Source: Octopus sinensis
Lineage: Eukaryota
NCBI RefSeq assembly: GCF_006345805.1
Contig: NC_042997.1
Coordinates: 161,262,001-161,326,000 of the forward strand
Length of the DNA stretch: 64,000 nucleotides
Reading direction: 5' to 3'
Shown here piece after piece: positions 1 through 13,738 of this stretch. A model generated the notes under the pieces. It ran no database searches and was not told the origin of the DNA. It worked only from the letters and a program-made list of their open reading frames with translations. The position numbers and the translations under genes were made by a program. Each line of letters starts with the position of its first letter. Position 1 is the stretch's first letter.

Positions 1-881
1 TGATTTCCTCTTTCTCTTTCATTGTGGTTCTCTCTGAAAGCCCCACACGTTTAAATACATATGGCAAAGGTTGTTATCCGATTCCTTGGTGGCCTATAGG
101 TATCTGAGATCCGGATTTCGCTTTGCTTCAATGATTGGTCCGACTGAACTGCAGGATACTGAACTCATTTCCTCGCATCGCTTCAACTTCCACAATGAAG
201 TCATCCCGCTGGCTAGGCGGGCAGGTCATTTAATACCACTTCAGTTTACCTAGTTTCCAACCTCTAACGAAGAGACCATGTGCTCACTTCCCTGAGGCAG
301 ACCTTCCGTAGGGTCAATATTCCGGTATATTTGTACATATCTATATGTATATTTGTAATATTTATATGTATATATATATCTGTGTGTGTGTGTGTGTGTG
401 TGTGCGTATATGTGTACACACATATGTATATATGTATGTGTATATTATCTGGTAACGCTTCAACAAGTAGAAAAATACTCAATCAGCTTAGAAAGTAAAG
501 ATAATCTTAAAATAAAATCATATATCTGTTAATACTGCTACCCAGAGTTTCCTGGTTTAAATAATAATTTACTCCGGCATTTATCAAGCAGATAACGTTT
601 AAGACTAATATATATATATATATATACGATTATGTGTATGCAGATATATATAACGAGCAATATCTCTCCTGATGACGTAATATGAATCATGTATGTACTG
701 ACACCGCTAAACTTAAAATTACGGTGCGTGTGTGAGTATGTGTGTGTATGACTATGTGTTTGCATGTATGTGTGTAAGGGTGTGTGCGCGTGTACAAGAG
801 TATTTAGTGATTTGTAAAATGTTATAGGAGATCAAAGAACTAATTATTGGTGATCGTTTATTTTTTAGGAAAATATGATCA

Positions 882-1300
882 TTACAATTCAGTTACAGAT
901 ATATAACACGTAGCTTCTGCAGATTCTTCAAAGAAGACGCTATACGTCATTAGGATAGCAGTTATTACTTCGTATCCTTTTACGAGTCTGGATGCTATCT
1001 CGTTGTGGTCAATGATCTGAATCAATGATTCGCAAGCTGGAAACATGTAACAACCGACCCTGCTGTTCATAAGTTTCATTACAAAATCACAATTGTGGGC
1101 ATTTCTAGAACATAAATTATCAAAACCGCATTCACATGAAGTACCCAATGTAATGTTCTTATGGCAATTATTGCTTAATCCTCGGTTGTTCTTGAGTGAC
1201 CAAACCATGACCAAATGTTTTCTAGCCATGATTATCACATCGTTTTTAAAGTATATTGCATTATAGAACATATGATTCAATCTGATGTATCGAACTATAT
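882..1300 (-). CDS. Candidate terminal coding exon of an unidentified gene (~139 codons, Cys-rich, not low-complexity)
   Basis: Acceptor-like TTTATCGTTTCAG ends at 1301 on the - strand. The frame is open from there (phase 1: xIVRYIRLNHMFYNAIYF...CECGFDNLC...ATCYISVTEL) to TAA at 884-882, with AATAAA about 20 nt after the stop. No family recognised and no upstream exon found. Confidence 0.4.
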
Positions 1301-1559
1301 CTGAAACGATAAAGTATTTTAATGAGATTTAAGGAGTTTTTTTAACAGTGGGAAAAGACGCCCTGGAGACTCCACCATTGTTTGAAAAGTATTGAAAATT
1401 TAGCAGTGTCAGTATGCAAATATAATATCATTTGATCAAGATATAGTAACTGCCAAAAATATATAAATAAGTAAATCAAATTAAAAGAGAAAATAAAGAT
1501 GAAATCAGAAAATATGCCCATTGGTGTCAAGTGAAAACAAGGACTTCAAGCAAACGGCA

Positions 1560-2200
1560 CCTTAATAGGGGACCACAGATTCACAATTGCTCCTCCATAT
1601 ACTACATGGAAGTGGCGGTGCTGCAAAGTCGCAAATGTATATAATATCTGCCATGAAACGTCCACCAGCTATGATCAATGAAGATCATAACTGTCTACTA
1701 AACACCTCAAGAAGGGATGCACTCACGTGGGGATTCAAGAGATTGCAAAAGCTCTTGTCTAAACTACATGTCACGGGCTTCTGAAATATAGAAGTTCTAA
1801 TATGTCATTGTTACAGAATTGTGGATTACCCCAATCACCACAACAAAGACTATTTGTCCCCTAGTCCTAGTTGTTGGTGTGTCAGTTATGTACCACACAG
1901 TTTTATCCACTAGGGATGCATACTAAACTTGCACAAAGGTCTTCTAAAGTGAGAAATATCTGCGTGGATATCCTCCTCATCCTCCTGTTCTTGCACAATA
2001 TTGTCACTAGCAAGATAAAGTTCGACAACTGAGCTTGTAAGCGGATGCATGAGATTATCAAAGTGACTGCAATACTAACTCACCTAGTATGTATCCAAAC
2101 CATAAAATATTATTCTCAGATGTTTGCACTTCATTATGCTTTGTATCCCTGCATGACGGTATGTTGCCACTGCAACATCTGAAGCTGTGGAAAAAAAGCT
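1560..2200 (+). mobile_element. Highly degraded Tc1/mariner transposase relic
   Basis: Broken frames give RPPAMINEDHNCLL (HTH linker-like), FLHNIVT at 1988-2008 (cf. mariner FLxxIVTGDE) and DA-EIIKV (cf. WDxxGII). Many stops. Confidence 0.4.
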
Positions 2201-2741
2201 TACTTATCTTTTCCTTACTTTATTTGATGTATGAAATGGGACCATACTGCTAAACATATACATATTAGATATGTATATGCACACATTATTTGATGGACAT
2301 TGACACCACTGAGTTCATCCTCCCGTTTACTTACTTTGTTTTTCTTCTGATAGGGTATCCAAAATAACCCTCATCACAAAGCAGTTTGGTATTTGTCTAT
2401 CGTAAGAGGTTTGTGAAGAGGGTGATATATATATATCTATATTATCACTACTCCACTTGATAGCTTTTGACCTATTGCATTTTCGGCTGTGAATATGTAT
2501 TTGTTCAAGAATATTTTTTCACACACAAACAGGTACACAACTATATACAAAACGTACTGTCACTCGAAAACACAGAAGAAAGATATTTCCCAATTTTTAG
2601 CTATTCCAACAACCTAGCACTACTACCTAACACATTCACTGGATCAAGAGACAGCCTTGACTTATAGCAGAAATTTCGCTTATGTTTTCACGTAACCTAT
2701 TATACGTAACTTATTTTAGCTGTTTAAAACAATATTTAGTG

Positions 2742-2786
<45 letters not shown>

Positions 2787-3488
2787 ATATATATGTATGT
2801 ATCTATATACTATGTGATAAGAATCTAAAACATTGGTTTTACATAATTTATCGAAATAAATTATTTATATTAATAAATGTATCCAATACTTATCACAAAC
2901 ACCATTAAGGATAATGCGTTGTTCTTCAAAAAGTCAGAAAGGTAACTAGGTTGGATGGAAAATCTTTAATTCTTAATTGTAGCATTCATATATCCAAAAA
3001 TCTCTTTTCCTTTTTTTTTTTATAAAAGTAAGTAGAGCATATAGTTTTTACAAATAAATCTCAAAATATAAAATGCCACTTCTAAGTAAAACAAAATAAA
3101 TTTGAAGTAAAATGAGTTTTCTTTTTCTTTGAGAAATAAAGGCGCTTATAAATTTGTGAATGCGTTACTAATTTACTTCAAATATTTTGACAGACTTGGT
3201 TGTTATAATTTTATTAAAATAAGTGAGAAAACTAACATTTGTCTTTTTGTGAAGTCTAGATAGAAGAGAAAAATGTTGCATCTGTAATCATGAAAAATTA
3301 TTATTTTCGTGCATATAATCTTGTTTTGGTTGCAAAACAATAGAAGATCGGGTAATTTAATTATTGCACGTTTGCTCTTATACAATTTAAGTTTCATATC
3401 TCATCGGGACCTGATGTCCAAGAAGACAATATATATGAGTTTCTAATCACAGAAACTTTAAAATATAAAAGTCAATGCTTTACTACAG

Positions 3489-3789
3489 ACGTGACAGTGT
3501 GGTGAGAAGCTTGCTTACCAACCACACGGTTCCGTATTCCGTCCCGCTGCGTGACACCTTGGGCAAGTGTCTTCTACTATAGCCTCGGGCCGACCAATCC
3601 CTTGACAACTGATGTTGGTGTGCTTACGTCACCAGTTCGGCAAAAGATGCCGATACAATAAGTACTATGCTTACAACGAATAAATCCTGGAGTCCATTTC
3701 TTCGATTAAAGCCCTTTAAGGCGGTGTTCCACCATGGCTACAGTTAAATGGCTGAAACAAATAAAAGAATAAAAGATTAAAAGAATAAA
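3489..3789 (+). mobile_element. tRNA-derived SINE, family B (CORE-like CTTGGGCAAGTGTCTT domain), internally deleted
   Basis: Homologous to the complete copy at 27559-27965; ends in (AAAGAAT)-type tail. Confidence 0.75.
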
Positions 3790-4126
3790 CTCAATTTATC
3801 TAAAATAGAGAAATAGCGTAAAGCTCCAATAAAATAACGTTATATGAAATAATTTTATTTTCTGTCATAACAACAACTGCATCAATATGCGTGAGTAATG
3901 AATAAACAAATACATGAACACATACTTATACGTACTTAGTCTTGCTGTGAAATTAGGCCTAAAGGTGCCTTTCCGGTTGTTTAGTATAGAAATCGATGCG
4001 ATCATTGTTAGATAACAATTCCTGAGAATTCACTCTACCAAAGTCTTAGGGAGAAACTTATTACGTATTTGGTGACTCGTATGCTCGTAAACCTCCAGTA
4101 AACTGGCGGTATCAGTAATTAAGTAG

Positions 4127-4541
4127 AAGGCGGCAAGCTGGCAGAAACGTTAGCACTCCGAGCGAAACGCTTAGCGGTATTTCGCCTGCCGCTACGTTCT
4201 GAGTTCAAATTCCGCCGAGGTCAACTTTGCCTTTCATCCTTTCGGGGTCGATTAAATAAGTACCAGTTACGCACTGGAGTCGATATAATCGACTTAATCC
4301 GTTTGTCTGTCCTTGTTTGTCCTCTCTGTGTTTAGCCCCTTGTGAGTAGTAAAGAAATAGGTATTTCGTCTGCCGTTACGTTCTGAGTTCAAATTCCACC
4401 GAAGTCGACTTTTCATCCTTTTGAGGTCGATAAAGTAAGTACCAGTTGCGAACTGGAGTCGATGTAATCGACTTAATCCGTTTGTCTGTCCTTGTTTGTC
4501 CCCTCTATGTTTAGCCCCTTGTGGGTAATAAAGAAATAAGA
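4127..4541 (+). mobile_element. tRNA-derived SINE, family A (GCCTTTCATCCTTTCGGGGTCGAT domain), with tandem duplication of its 3' two-thirds
   Basis: B-box-like GAGTTCAAATTCC. The body repeats at 4361-4541. Perfect 16-bp flanking duplication ATCAGTAATTAAGTAG at 4111-4126 and 4542-4557. Confidence 0.85.
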
Positions 4542-5063
4542 ATCAGTAATTAAGTAGTGATCCTTTACTTCGGACAATGCTACTGTTATGCACACAATAT
4601 TTCTAGAGTGCATCCGACAAAAAATTATCCAACAGGCTACCAACACACTATATGCTCTGGCTGACACATGTTCTGATTTCTCCAAACATTTTACTCACTT
4701 ATATTTCTCCTTAAATTCACCCACCAAATGTATTTCCTGCTGACAGTGACTGATAAATGATCAAGTTGAATATAAACCACATCAATCTTCTCTTCATTAT
4801 GATCATTATGAAAGGTCATGGAAACAGCCTGTTGTCCTGACTAACACATGAAGAACGTAAAACTGATCGTGTGACCAAGTTAGGAACCAAATAAATCATT
4901 CTTAGTTACTGGTAAACAAACTGTCATAAATATATTAGCTCTCTTTTTCTCTCTTCTTCCTTTTTTCTTTCTTCCTTCTTCCCCACTCACAAACTCTCTC
5001 TCTCTCTCTGACACGCACACACACACACACACACACATATATAAACCTGTATTCAACAATGTA

Positions 5064-5263
5064 CGAGGCAGTATCAAAATGTTCCCAGACTAGTTCTGCA
5101 GCGCGTCAACAAATGGCAGCACACGGTTGTGTGCGCAGTGAATGTTGAGACCTGTGTATTGCTGCGCAAGGTGACAATTTCGAAGGAGATAGTGTTAAAA
5201 CTTAGGTAATTAAGGTATCTTTATCAAGCATAACTAGCCCGGCAACGTTTTTATACCACCTCG
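5064..5263. mobile_element. Mariner-derived MITE (deletion derivative of the family at 21668-22554)
   Basis: Imperfect TIRs CGAGGCAGTATCAAAATGTT / AACGTTTTTATACCACCTCG and TA on the left. The interior matches both ends of the 21668-22554 element. Confidence 0.75.
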
Positions 5264-5337
5264 TTTCTAATAAAGGAGATATGGTATGTGGTATATTTGT
5301 TTATATTCTCGTCTCTTTTCTGTATATATATACGTGT

Positions 5338-5990
5338 AGGTGTGGGCGTGGCTGTATGGTAAGAGGTTTGCTTCTCAAGGCGGCAAGCTGGCAGAATCGT
5401 TAGCACGCCGGGCGAAATGCGTAGCCGTATTTCGTCTGCCGTTACGTTCTGAGTTCAAATTCCGCCGAGGTCGACTTTGCCTTTCATCCTTTCGGGGTGG
5501 GGGTCGATTAAATAAGGACCAGTTACGCACTGGGGTCGATATAATCGACTTAATCCGTTTGTCTGTCCTTCTTTTTCCCCTCTGTGTGTAGCCCCTGGTG
5601 GGCAGTAAAGACGTAAGGGGCTTGCTTCTCAGCCACATGGTTCTGGGATCAGTACCACAATGTGGCACATTGAGCAAATGTCTTCTACTATAGCCTCGGT
5701 TTAACCAAAGCAAAGCCATGTGATCGGATTTGGTAGACGGAAACGGCAAGAAACCCGTCGTATATGGGTGTGTGTGTTTCTTTGTGTTTTTGCCTGTCCT
5801 GCACCACCCTTTGACAACCGGAGTTAGTTTGTTTCCATCCTCGTAATTTAGCGGCTCGGTAAAAGAGACCGATAGAATAAGTACCAGGTTTTAAAAACGT
5901 AAACTCTGGGGTCGATTTGCTCGACTAAAGGTTTCAAGGTAGTGATTCAGCATGGCCAAAGTACAGTGACTAAAACATGTAGAAAATAAA
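5338..5990 (+). mobile_element. SINE family B copy interrupted by a family A SINE
   Basis: The head GTGGCTGTATGGTAAG is at 5347-5363 and the body resumes at 5631; homologous to 27559-27965. Confidence 0.8.
5377..5612 (+). mobile_element. SINE family A nested in SINE B
   Basis: Near-identical to 4127-4360. Flanked by an 18-bp duplication GTAAG(A/G)GG(T/C)TTGCTTCTC at 5359-5376 and 5613-5630. Confidence 0.85.
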
Positions 5991-5999
5991 ACAAAAGAC

Positions 6000-6040
6000 G
6001 TGTGTGTTCGCGTGCGTGTGTGCATGAGCGCGCACGTGCA

Positions 6041-6077
<37 letters not shown>

Positions 6078-6086
6078 GTGTGCGTG

Positions 6087-6126
<40 letters not shown>

Positions 6127-6150
6127 CAAATGTGTATATGTGTGAGAGAG
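6000..6150. repeat. (TG)n/(CGTG)n compound microsatellite
   Basis: Direct reading. Confidence 0.95.
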
Positions 6151-9100
6151 AGAAATCCACTGCATAATGTAATGAACACTTTTTGATATTAGAAAATGTC
6201 ATCTGATTTTACATGCAAGTTAACAAACTTCTAGAAACAGGTTTTGTATTTACACAGATGTTGCTGAAAGGCTAGAATTTTTAATGTAAGCTTTGTTCAG
6301 GTAGCAGATAACTTTTAAGTGAGATTTACTTTGAGTAAAATACATAGCAAATATAGAAAAGAATATCAACACCAGAATTTGCTTGAGAAAACCAGTTTTA
6401 AAAGATTAATATTAAATTTAGATGTAAAATCTAGAGGTTAAGAAGAATGAGCTGTGTAATTTTGTAGCTGAAATTTTCCATTGCAATACCATTGATATAA
6501 ATAGAATTATATTTGATTAAAAAAAGGTAAAATCTTCAAACTAAGCTTAAATATAGTTTCTATTTCAAGCTAAAGGAAAGATGCATTAAAGGACAATAAT
6601 TTGAGAGGGGGAGCTTAAAACAAGATAGATTTCATCCAAAAACAAGGAAAATTGCAAGTATATCTTTTTAATACTTGGAATTTAGAGCAGGGTGTCAAAA
6701 TAATACGAAATTTTGTAATACTATGATAGAAATGACAAAATATTGTACATATCTTTATTCTATTTTCTCCCTCATCGTCGAAGATATATATTTAATTTCT
6801 TTTGTTTAATTATTAATATTTTTAAAATATAATTAGTAATTAATTAAAGAAATTGAACATCTGTAATTAATAGAATATCTTAGGAAAAACAAGTATATTG
6901 ACAAAATTGCTCTACAGAAAACATTGTGAAACGGCAGATGTGATAATAACAATAAATATTTTTCTTCGTGTAGCTAGTATCGAATACAGAATGGAAAATG
7001 ACAAGTAGCTAAAACTGCAGCTTGGGTTTCATTTCCTGTTAACTGTCAATTTACAAATTTTCTTCGGGGGAAGAATATCTAAATTGAATTCTATTCATTT
7101 CCATTGTGTAAGGAATCCCTTGTATAATAATTTCATTTTTGTAAACATTTGAACATCTCAATATCTTTCAAAACAATGCCTCGGTTTCTGTATAAATATG
7201 AAAAATGAATATTTTGATATTTTAACAATATTTTGTTTTAACTGCTTAAAACTGTTTGGTTAGAAATAAGTTATATTTTGAGTAAAATGTGTAAATAGAT
7301 AAAGGAAAAGATAAATTATAGTTTAATTAAATAACAGTTTCAAGAGATTGATATATAATTTAGGTGTCAAATGTAGACTTTGGAGGGAGTAATTTGTATC
7401 TAATTTTGTGGGGAGAATTCACAGTTCTAATACCATTGATGAAAATATAAAAGCAGAATTAGCATCATCGTGGGTTTTCTCAACCATACTTGTTATCTCG
7501 CCTACTTCAATTGCTCTCGTTTGTCTGCCTCTAACATTAGCACTTAGTTGAGCGTGGAGACCCAGGTTTCATCGAAACATTCGATAACATGCTAGATATG
7601 GGATTGTTTATGATTTTTATTCGCGGTGGTGATAGCTTTTTCCAGGCATTTCTGGTGATACTTGTTTTTACTGTAAAAAATATTCGTAGCTAAGATATCA
7701 GAAATTTTTCCATCATTTTTACTCCTTTGCGACAGTTACGAACTACTTTGTTTGCATATTGCAAACTCTCTTTTGTGACCCTCCGTTAAAACGTTTCCTT
7801 GTCGCAAGTTCAGGATAAAACACGATCTTTGAGAGTTGCTTAATGTCGATCCTTTGAATATGATCAGTCTAGGCTGATGACCAACAACTTGATGCTTGCT
7901 ATTTCTGGTTGTTCAAGGACGTAAGTGTTAGTAATTTGTACCCAGTTAATACCAAGAAATAAACGAAGTTTTCATTGATAGATCCGTTCAGGTTGTTCAA
8001 TGTGACGTCAATTAGGATTCCGTTTCTCAGAAGAATAAAGTATTGATAAAGACTACTCAGTTTATGGACAGCTTAGTGGTAGATTTTAAGTCCATAATCC
8101 TTGAAGATAAGGCTTTCCATTAGCAGTATGGGCCGTTCGTAAATTGGCATTGATATCGTTACTGATAATCGCATTTAGAACCAAGGTTTCGAAAGGAGAT
8201 TTATTCGATAAATGAATTTTATTTGGGCTGGGCTTTAAAAAAACCTGGGACGGCTAAATATTCGAAACGAAAGACAAATTCTATTTCATATTTCAAGCTA
8301 AAGGAGAAAATGCATAAGATTATGATGGTTTCGGCAGAGGAAGTCTTCTAGCCAGAATGTATTTCATTATCTTATAAACATATTCTATCTATCATATTTA
8401 TTACTTAACTTTTACTCTGTATGTTTACTTCATACGTTTCCCCCGTTTATTTAATCAGATTCATTCTGGCTCACATAAATTGTTGTATATTCCGGGTGTG
8501 CTAGATATGCGCTGCACACCAATCGAGATTGGTAAATCATTAGTTTAATCACAAATCTTTACGGAAAACTTTGTTATATCTCTGCTTGATATTTGGTGGC
8601 ATTGGATGTGACAGCACACCCAATACAGCAACTACCATACGCCACTCATTTTTATGTCTTCAAGTAATAACTTTGCTTAATATACACATTTAAATTCAAA
8701 TAAAAATAACACTATAGTGTAGCATATGTCAATTAGATATTCACGCATGCTTACGTATAATTATAGAAAATGTAATGTAAGCAAGTAGAAACGTTAAGTT
8801 TACAATGCATTTTTTTTCTTTAAGCATAGCACTTCTTGAAAGCAGGGTGTGTATAGAGCGCAGGTACATCTGTGTGGTAAAGAAGCCCTATAAGGCAAAT
8901 TTGGTAAACGGAAGCCCATTGAAGAAACCTATCCTGTTCTTGAGTACTAAACTAAATTTGTCATCTAGTCTAGCAATACCTCCACCTGACCTTTCGGTGC
9001 CTTTATCAGAGTCTGTTAGGAATCAAGTACTATTGTCAGATCTCTGGCTGGGGATAACTTCCATCCTGTCTCCTACTCCTTATCTTTCTCTCTTGACTAA

Positions 9101-10169
9101 TATCGTTCAACGAAATATTGACTCTTGCTTCAATCATAAAACTGCTTCTCGTTTTACTGGAATACAATAGAAAGTAGATATGTGGTGTGCATTACAGACA
9201 ACTGAGGTACACTTTTGTAAATATTGCAAAACATCAAGTCAAACGTCTTGCCAAATATGTAATTTCAATAGGTTTCATTGGAATTTATATAAAAAAAACA
9301 TTCAATCCAAGCTGATTGCTTTTTAACTCGCTGCTATTTTGTGGAGCCAATGTACAAAAAAGATGTGGGAAGTTGTTTTATCTTATTTCCCAGCGTTATC
9401 TTCTTTTTAGATGGTTCACTTGAAAAATCATAAACATCTTTTTTACTTCCTGTGTTATAAAGTAACTGTCGATTCATAACAACCAAAAGTCTGGATGTGA
9501 TAGAACCCAATATACTAGAAGTATGGTGTGCAAATATTTGATAGTAAATATAATAACACATTTATCACCTTTCTTTCTTTCAACAAATTTGATTATAAAA
9601 TTTCTTCTTGAAAAGAAAATCTTGAACAGATACTACAAACACAAAGCGTTGGCGGCAAGGATAAAATTCAAGTTGGTAATCTTAAAATGTCTTTCATGTG
9701 ATACTATCCTTCGGCATCAGCTACTTAAGATAATAAAAATATTTGATTTAAACTTTTTATTTAGAGTTATTAAGAATAATTTGATGGAGAAATGCAGAAG
9801 GATAGTATTTTGGAGATAAACATATATTCAAAGAAAAATACACACCAGCTCAAATGTTATATAACACATGAACACGGACGTACACACGCTCGCACACACA
9901 TATATATATATTATTTTATTGTTTTATTGCATATCATTTTATTGCTTTATTTCTTTTAGTCACTAGACAGCAGCCATGCTGAGCCACCGCATTAAAGGTT
10001 TTAGTCGAAAAAATCGACCTCAGTACGTTTTTGTTTTTCGAATGCCTAGTATTTATTCTGTCAGCATCGCTTTGCAGGACTACTTGGTAGAGGGACGTAA
10101 ACAAACCAGTATTTATTGTCAAGCGATGGTGGGCAACAAACACAAACACAGAGACACTCACACAGTTTC

Positions 10170-10287
10170 ATACATACATACATACATACATACATACATA
10201 CATACATACATACATACATACATACATGCATGCATGCATACATACATACATACATACATACATACATACATACATACATACATACAC
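10170..10287. repeat. (TACA)n microsatellite at the 5' junction of an R4/Dong LINE
   Basis: Direct reading. Confidence 0.95.
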
Positions 10288-13200
10288 CACCACAGATGAA
10301 GCTAACAACGTCACCACCAATTAAAATAGAACTACTTCACCACTAACTTATTTAAGAAGACGTAAGTGCTCTTCTCATTTTACTTGGACTCAACAACTAA
10401 ACGAAGATTTACTTCGGTGCTATGAAAAAGCCTGAGATGACCCTTCTATCGGATACATGAAGCGGTTAAAACAATACTGGAACGAAGCTCATCCCAACTT
10501 AAATACCTTCATGGCGAAACAGTTGTAAAAAAAAAATTGACTGGTCCTAGAACCTCCTAAAATACTGAAATGGGTCAAAATCTTCCAGATGTGGCGTAAA
10601 AAAATAATGTAAATAAACCATCGCTCCCGCCATCGCTAAATTCGAATGTGTCCCAAATTTAACTGACTCAGTATCGAAGACTGCGGCAAACATCCAACTC
10701 AAAAACATTTTTAAATTACAATTTACAAAAAACTTTGCTACTTTCTCGAAGCTTTCGTTGAGCAACAGACTATTCCCAACACAAGTGAGAAAAAATTCAA
10801 CCGACCTAATGTTTAAGGATGTCGCTGGAAAGCACATGGAGTCATGTGATGTTAATTACTGGAATATTAATACTCTTATATACACAGCCGCTATTACTCT
10901 TAAAGAGCATCTAGGAGAAATCGACAGTGAATTAAGTAATGAAATTACTAAACGGAAACAACCTAAATGGAAAACAAAACTTGAAGAAAACATCAACAAC
11001 TTGAGTCGATATATTGGATGGTTAAGTACAACAATAGAATGTAAGGAGAAAAATGAGTTTACACCTCTTCAACTCTACCTTCGACACAAAAATTAATGAA
11101 AGTTTATGGTAATTCTTCACACCGAGCTCCTGAGAGGAAGCTAATCACTTCAAAACACGAACTCGGGATGATGAGCGAGAAACTCCGCTATCGCAAGCGA
11201 ATTTTGAGCGAGCCAGCATCAATCGTAAGTTTGCTTCCAACCCAGAAGTATTATACAGAGAGATGAGGAAGGAAAATATTACCATTAAGAAAGCTCCCCC
11301 CTAAGAAGATCTACAAGCATTCTGGTCACAGATTGGAACGAAAAGAGGGATTTCAATCTGTATGCATCATGGTTAAATACAACTGAGAGAGAATACTGTA
11401 CCAACACTAACAGTAAAACGTACAAAATTGATGCAGAAACTTTCGCTATAGCTGTAGGCAAACTGCAGAATGAGAAGGCACCTGGAAGGGACCTAATAGT
11501 TGGATATTGGTGCAAGAAGCTGACATTTTATAGAAATTAATTGATGTGTATTTTCAAAAGGACTGTGGAAGGTCAGACTGATATATTATATTGGCTTACT
11601 ACAACAAGGACAAGTCTTGTTGCCTAAAATGAAATCACCGAGATGGCAGGAAACTACGAGCCCATTGCTTGCCTAAACATTATGCACAAACTGTACACAA
11701 GTTGCTTCAATCAATTCCTCCAGGACCATTGTTAGATGAACAACATCATGACTGAGGAACAGGGTGGTAGAAAGAAGGGTGTGTGGGTGTGTGCCGAACA
11801 ACTTTTAATAAAGAAAGCTGTACTGTCTGGAACGCAGAAACCTTGTGACAATATGGTTTGACTATAAAAAGGCATTCGAGTCTATCCCTCCTTCATGGGT
11901 GTTAGAGTGTCTACTTTAATTCCTGCTATAGAGGGACTCACAAAGGCATAGGCAACAATTCTTACACTTACAACTGAGAACAGAATAATTGTTTCTAATA
12001 GTACAAAGGGAATATTCCAAGGAGGTAGTATTTCTGTATTTCTTTTCATTTTGGCACTGAATACATTATCATTCCTACTGCAGAAAACAAATGGCTACAT
12101 GCTAGAATCTTCAACTTTGTAGACGATTTGAAGATTTATGCTAAAAGTTTTAACAATGCCAAAAAACAACTGGAATTAATAACATTTTCAGCTGATATAG
12201 GCGTGGAATATTGCCAAAAGAAATGTTCCTATTTGGCTATAGAACGAGCGAAGTCAGTTCCCCAAACCCCAAACCTGTGCCTCAACGGTCTCTCTATCTC
12301 CCCCATTCCACACAAAGAATGTTACAAGTACCAAGACATAGACGAAAATGTATCATATGAAGGCACTGTGAATAAAGATAGAGTGACCCGAGAATATCAC
12401 ACCAGACTTTGGAAAATATAGCAGTCGGAACTCTCCTCTTACAACAAAACAATATCTCACAATGCATTTGCAGTACCAGTGCTGATCCCAACATTTGAGA
12501 TACTTGATTGATCTGTAGAGGAAATCCACCCTATAGATATCAAAACCCGCAAAATCCTGACAACTGGGAACTTCCACAGAAACAGTGATGTTGATAGGCT
12601 TTACCTAAGAAGAAATGAAGGTGGTAGAGGCCTGAGATCAGCGCAGACGGCCTTCTAATGCCGTATGGTATCACTCAGGCAGCACCTGCTAAATAACAGC
12701 AGCAAAATTAAATGTATTAATGCAGTCCTGAAAAGTGAAGTGAGCAACATTGTACGAGTTGGCAGTGAACCCCCCCAAGAAATACTCTCTTCCTGATGAT
12801 CTCCTATACAGCCCCAAAACAGCTGGGCTCTCTTACCTCAGAGAAGACTTGGATGGAAAGCACTCAGCTTACACAAAAAAAAATGCATGGGTATGTTGCC
12901 CGGAAGCCTTATTGACACCAAGCGCAGCCTCTCTTGGACACAAGACCACATCACATTTTGAAGGTTATGAGTTTGCAATCCAGGAACAGGAGACTGCCAC
13001 AAAGTACCTGGTGAACAAGAGAAACAGTGGTGCTCTTGTAATCGCAAGGTGCAACTGCATGTGTAGGCTATGTCATGTTTCTGTGGAAGACATTACGCAT
13101 ATGATTAGCAGCTGTTCTAAATTGTCGTCACAGTACTACCTCCCTATGTGGCACGATGTTGTTGCTAAAACAATTTGCAATGCCATCCGCAAAAATGACT

Positions 13201-13738
13201 GTCCAGAAATAAACTTAGTAAATCCCTCTGTCATGGAATACACTCATAAGCATCAACTCAAGGAATACTGGTTGAATATTCTCATCAAAATTTCTATCAA
13301 AGGCCGGATATTGTTGTTTGGGACGGAGGGACAAAGGTATGTACCATCACAGAAGTTAGATGCCCCGCAGATATAAATATCTCTTTGAAAATCGAAGAGA
13401 GTATATCTATGGACAACTGCCTCGAAACCTCTAGCTTCTATATCCAGGCTATGAATTCATATTCATACCAATAATAATTGGAGCACTAGATTTTGTTAGA
13501 AACGCTGAAAGGAGAATCTGAATAAACTGGGATTTTCAGAAAGAGAAATTCACCGGCTGATTCGTACATTACAAGTTCAATCTGTGAGTCGAACAATAAA
13601 AATATGCAAGACTTTTCTCAAGTTCCAAATGTGAAATTCTCTGTGTTAATTACATCCCAAAGATGGAGCCTTGTATCTTTGTTGGAATCCGGCTCCCTCC
13701 TCAGTGAAAGATTTATAATGATTAAAAAATAGAAGAGA
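10288..13738 (+). mobile_element. Near full-length but degraded R4/Dong-clade non-LTR retrotransposon (RT + CCHC + restriction-like endonuclease)
   Basis: Broken frames give N-terminal WTQQLNEDLLRCY..GYMKRLKQYW and RT motifs WFDYKKAFES (11854-11883), GIFQGG (~12009) and FVDDLKIY (12116-12139). CCHC knuckle CRLCH..EDITHMISSC at 13062-13115; C-terminus ICKTFLK. Many stops and frameshifts. Confidence 0.85.

Noticed and set aside
7545-7600. Minus-strand hairpin followed by GAAAC-CTGG-GTC, resembling a hammerhead 3' half
   Set aside because: There is no CUGANGA at the required position and no stem I partner.
8805-9170. 121-aa ORF
   Set aside because: It overlaps a SINE B remnant, starts in a poly-T run and has no recognisable motif or splice support.
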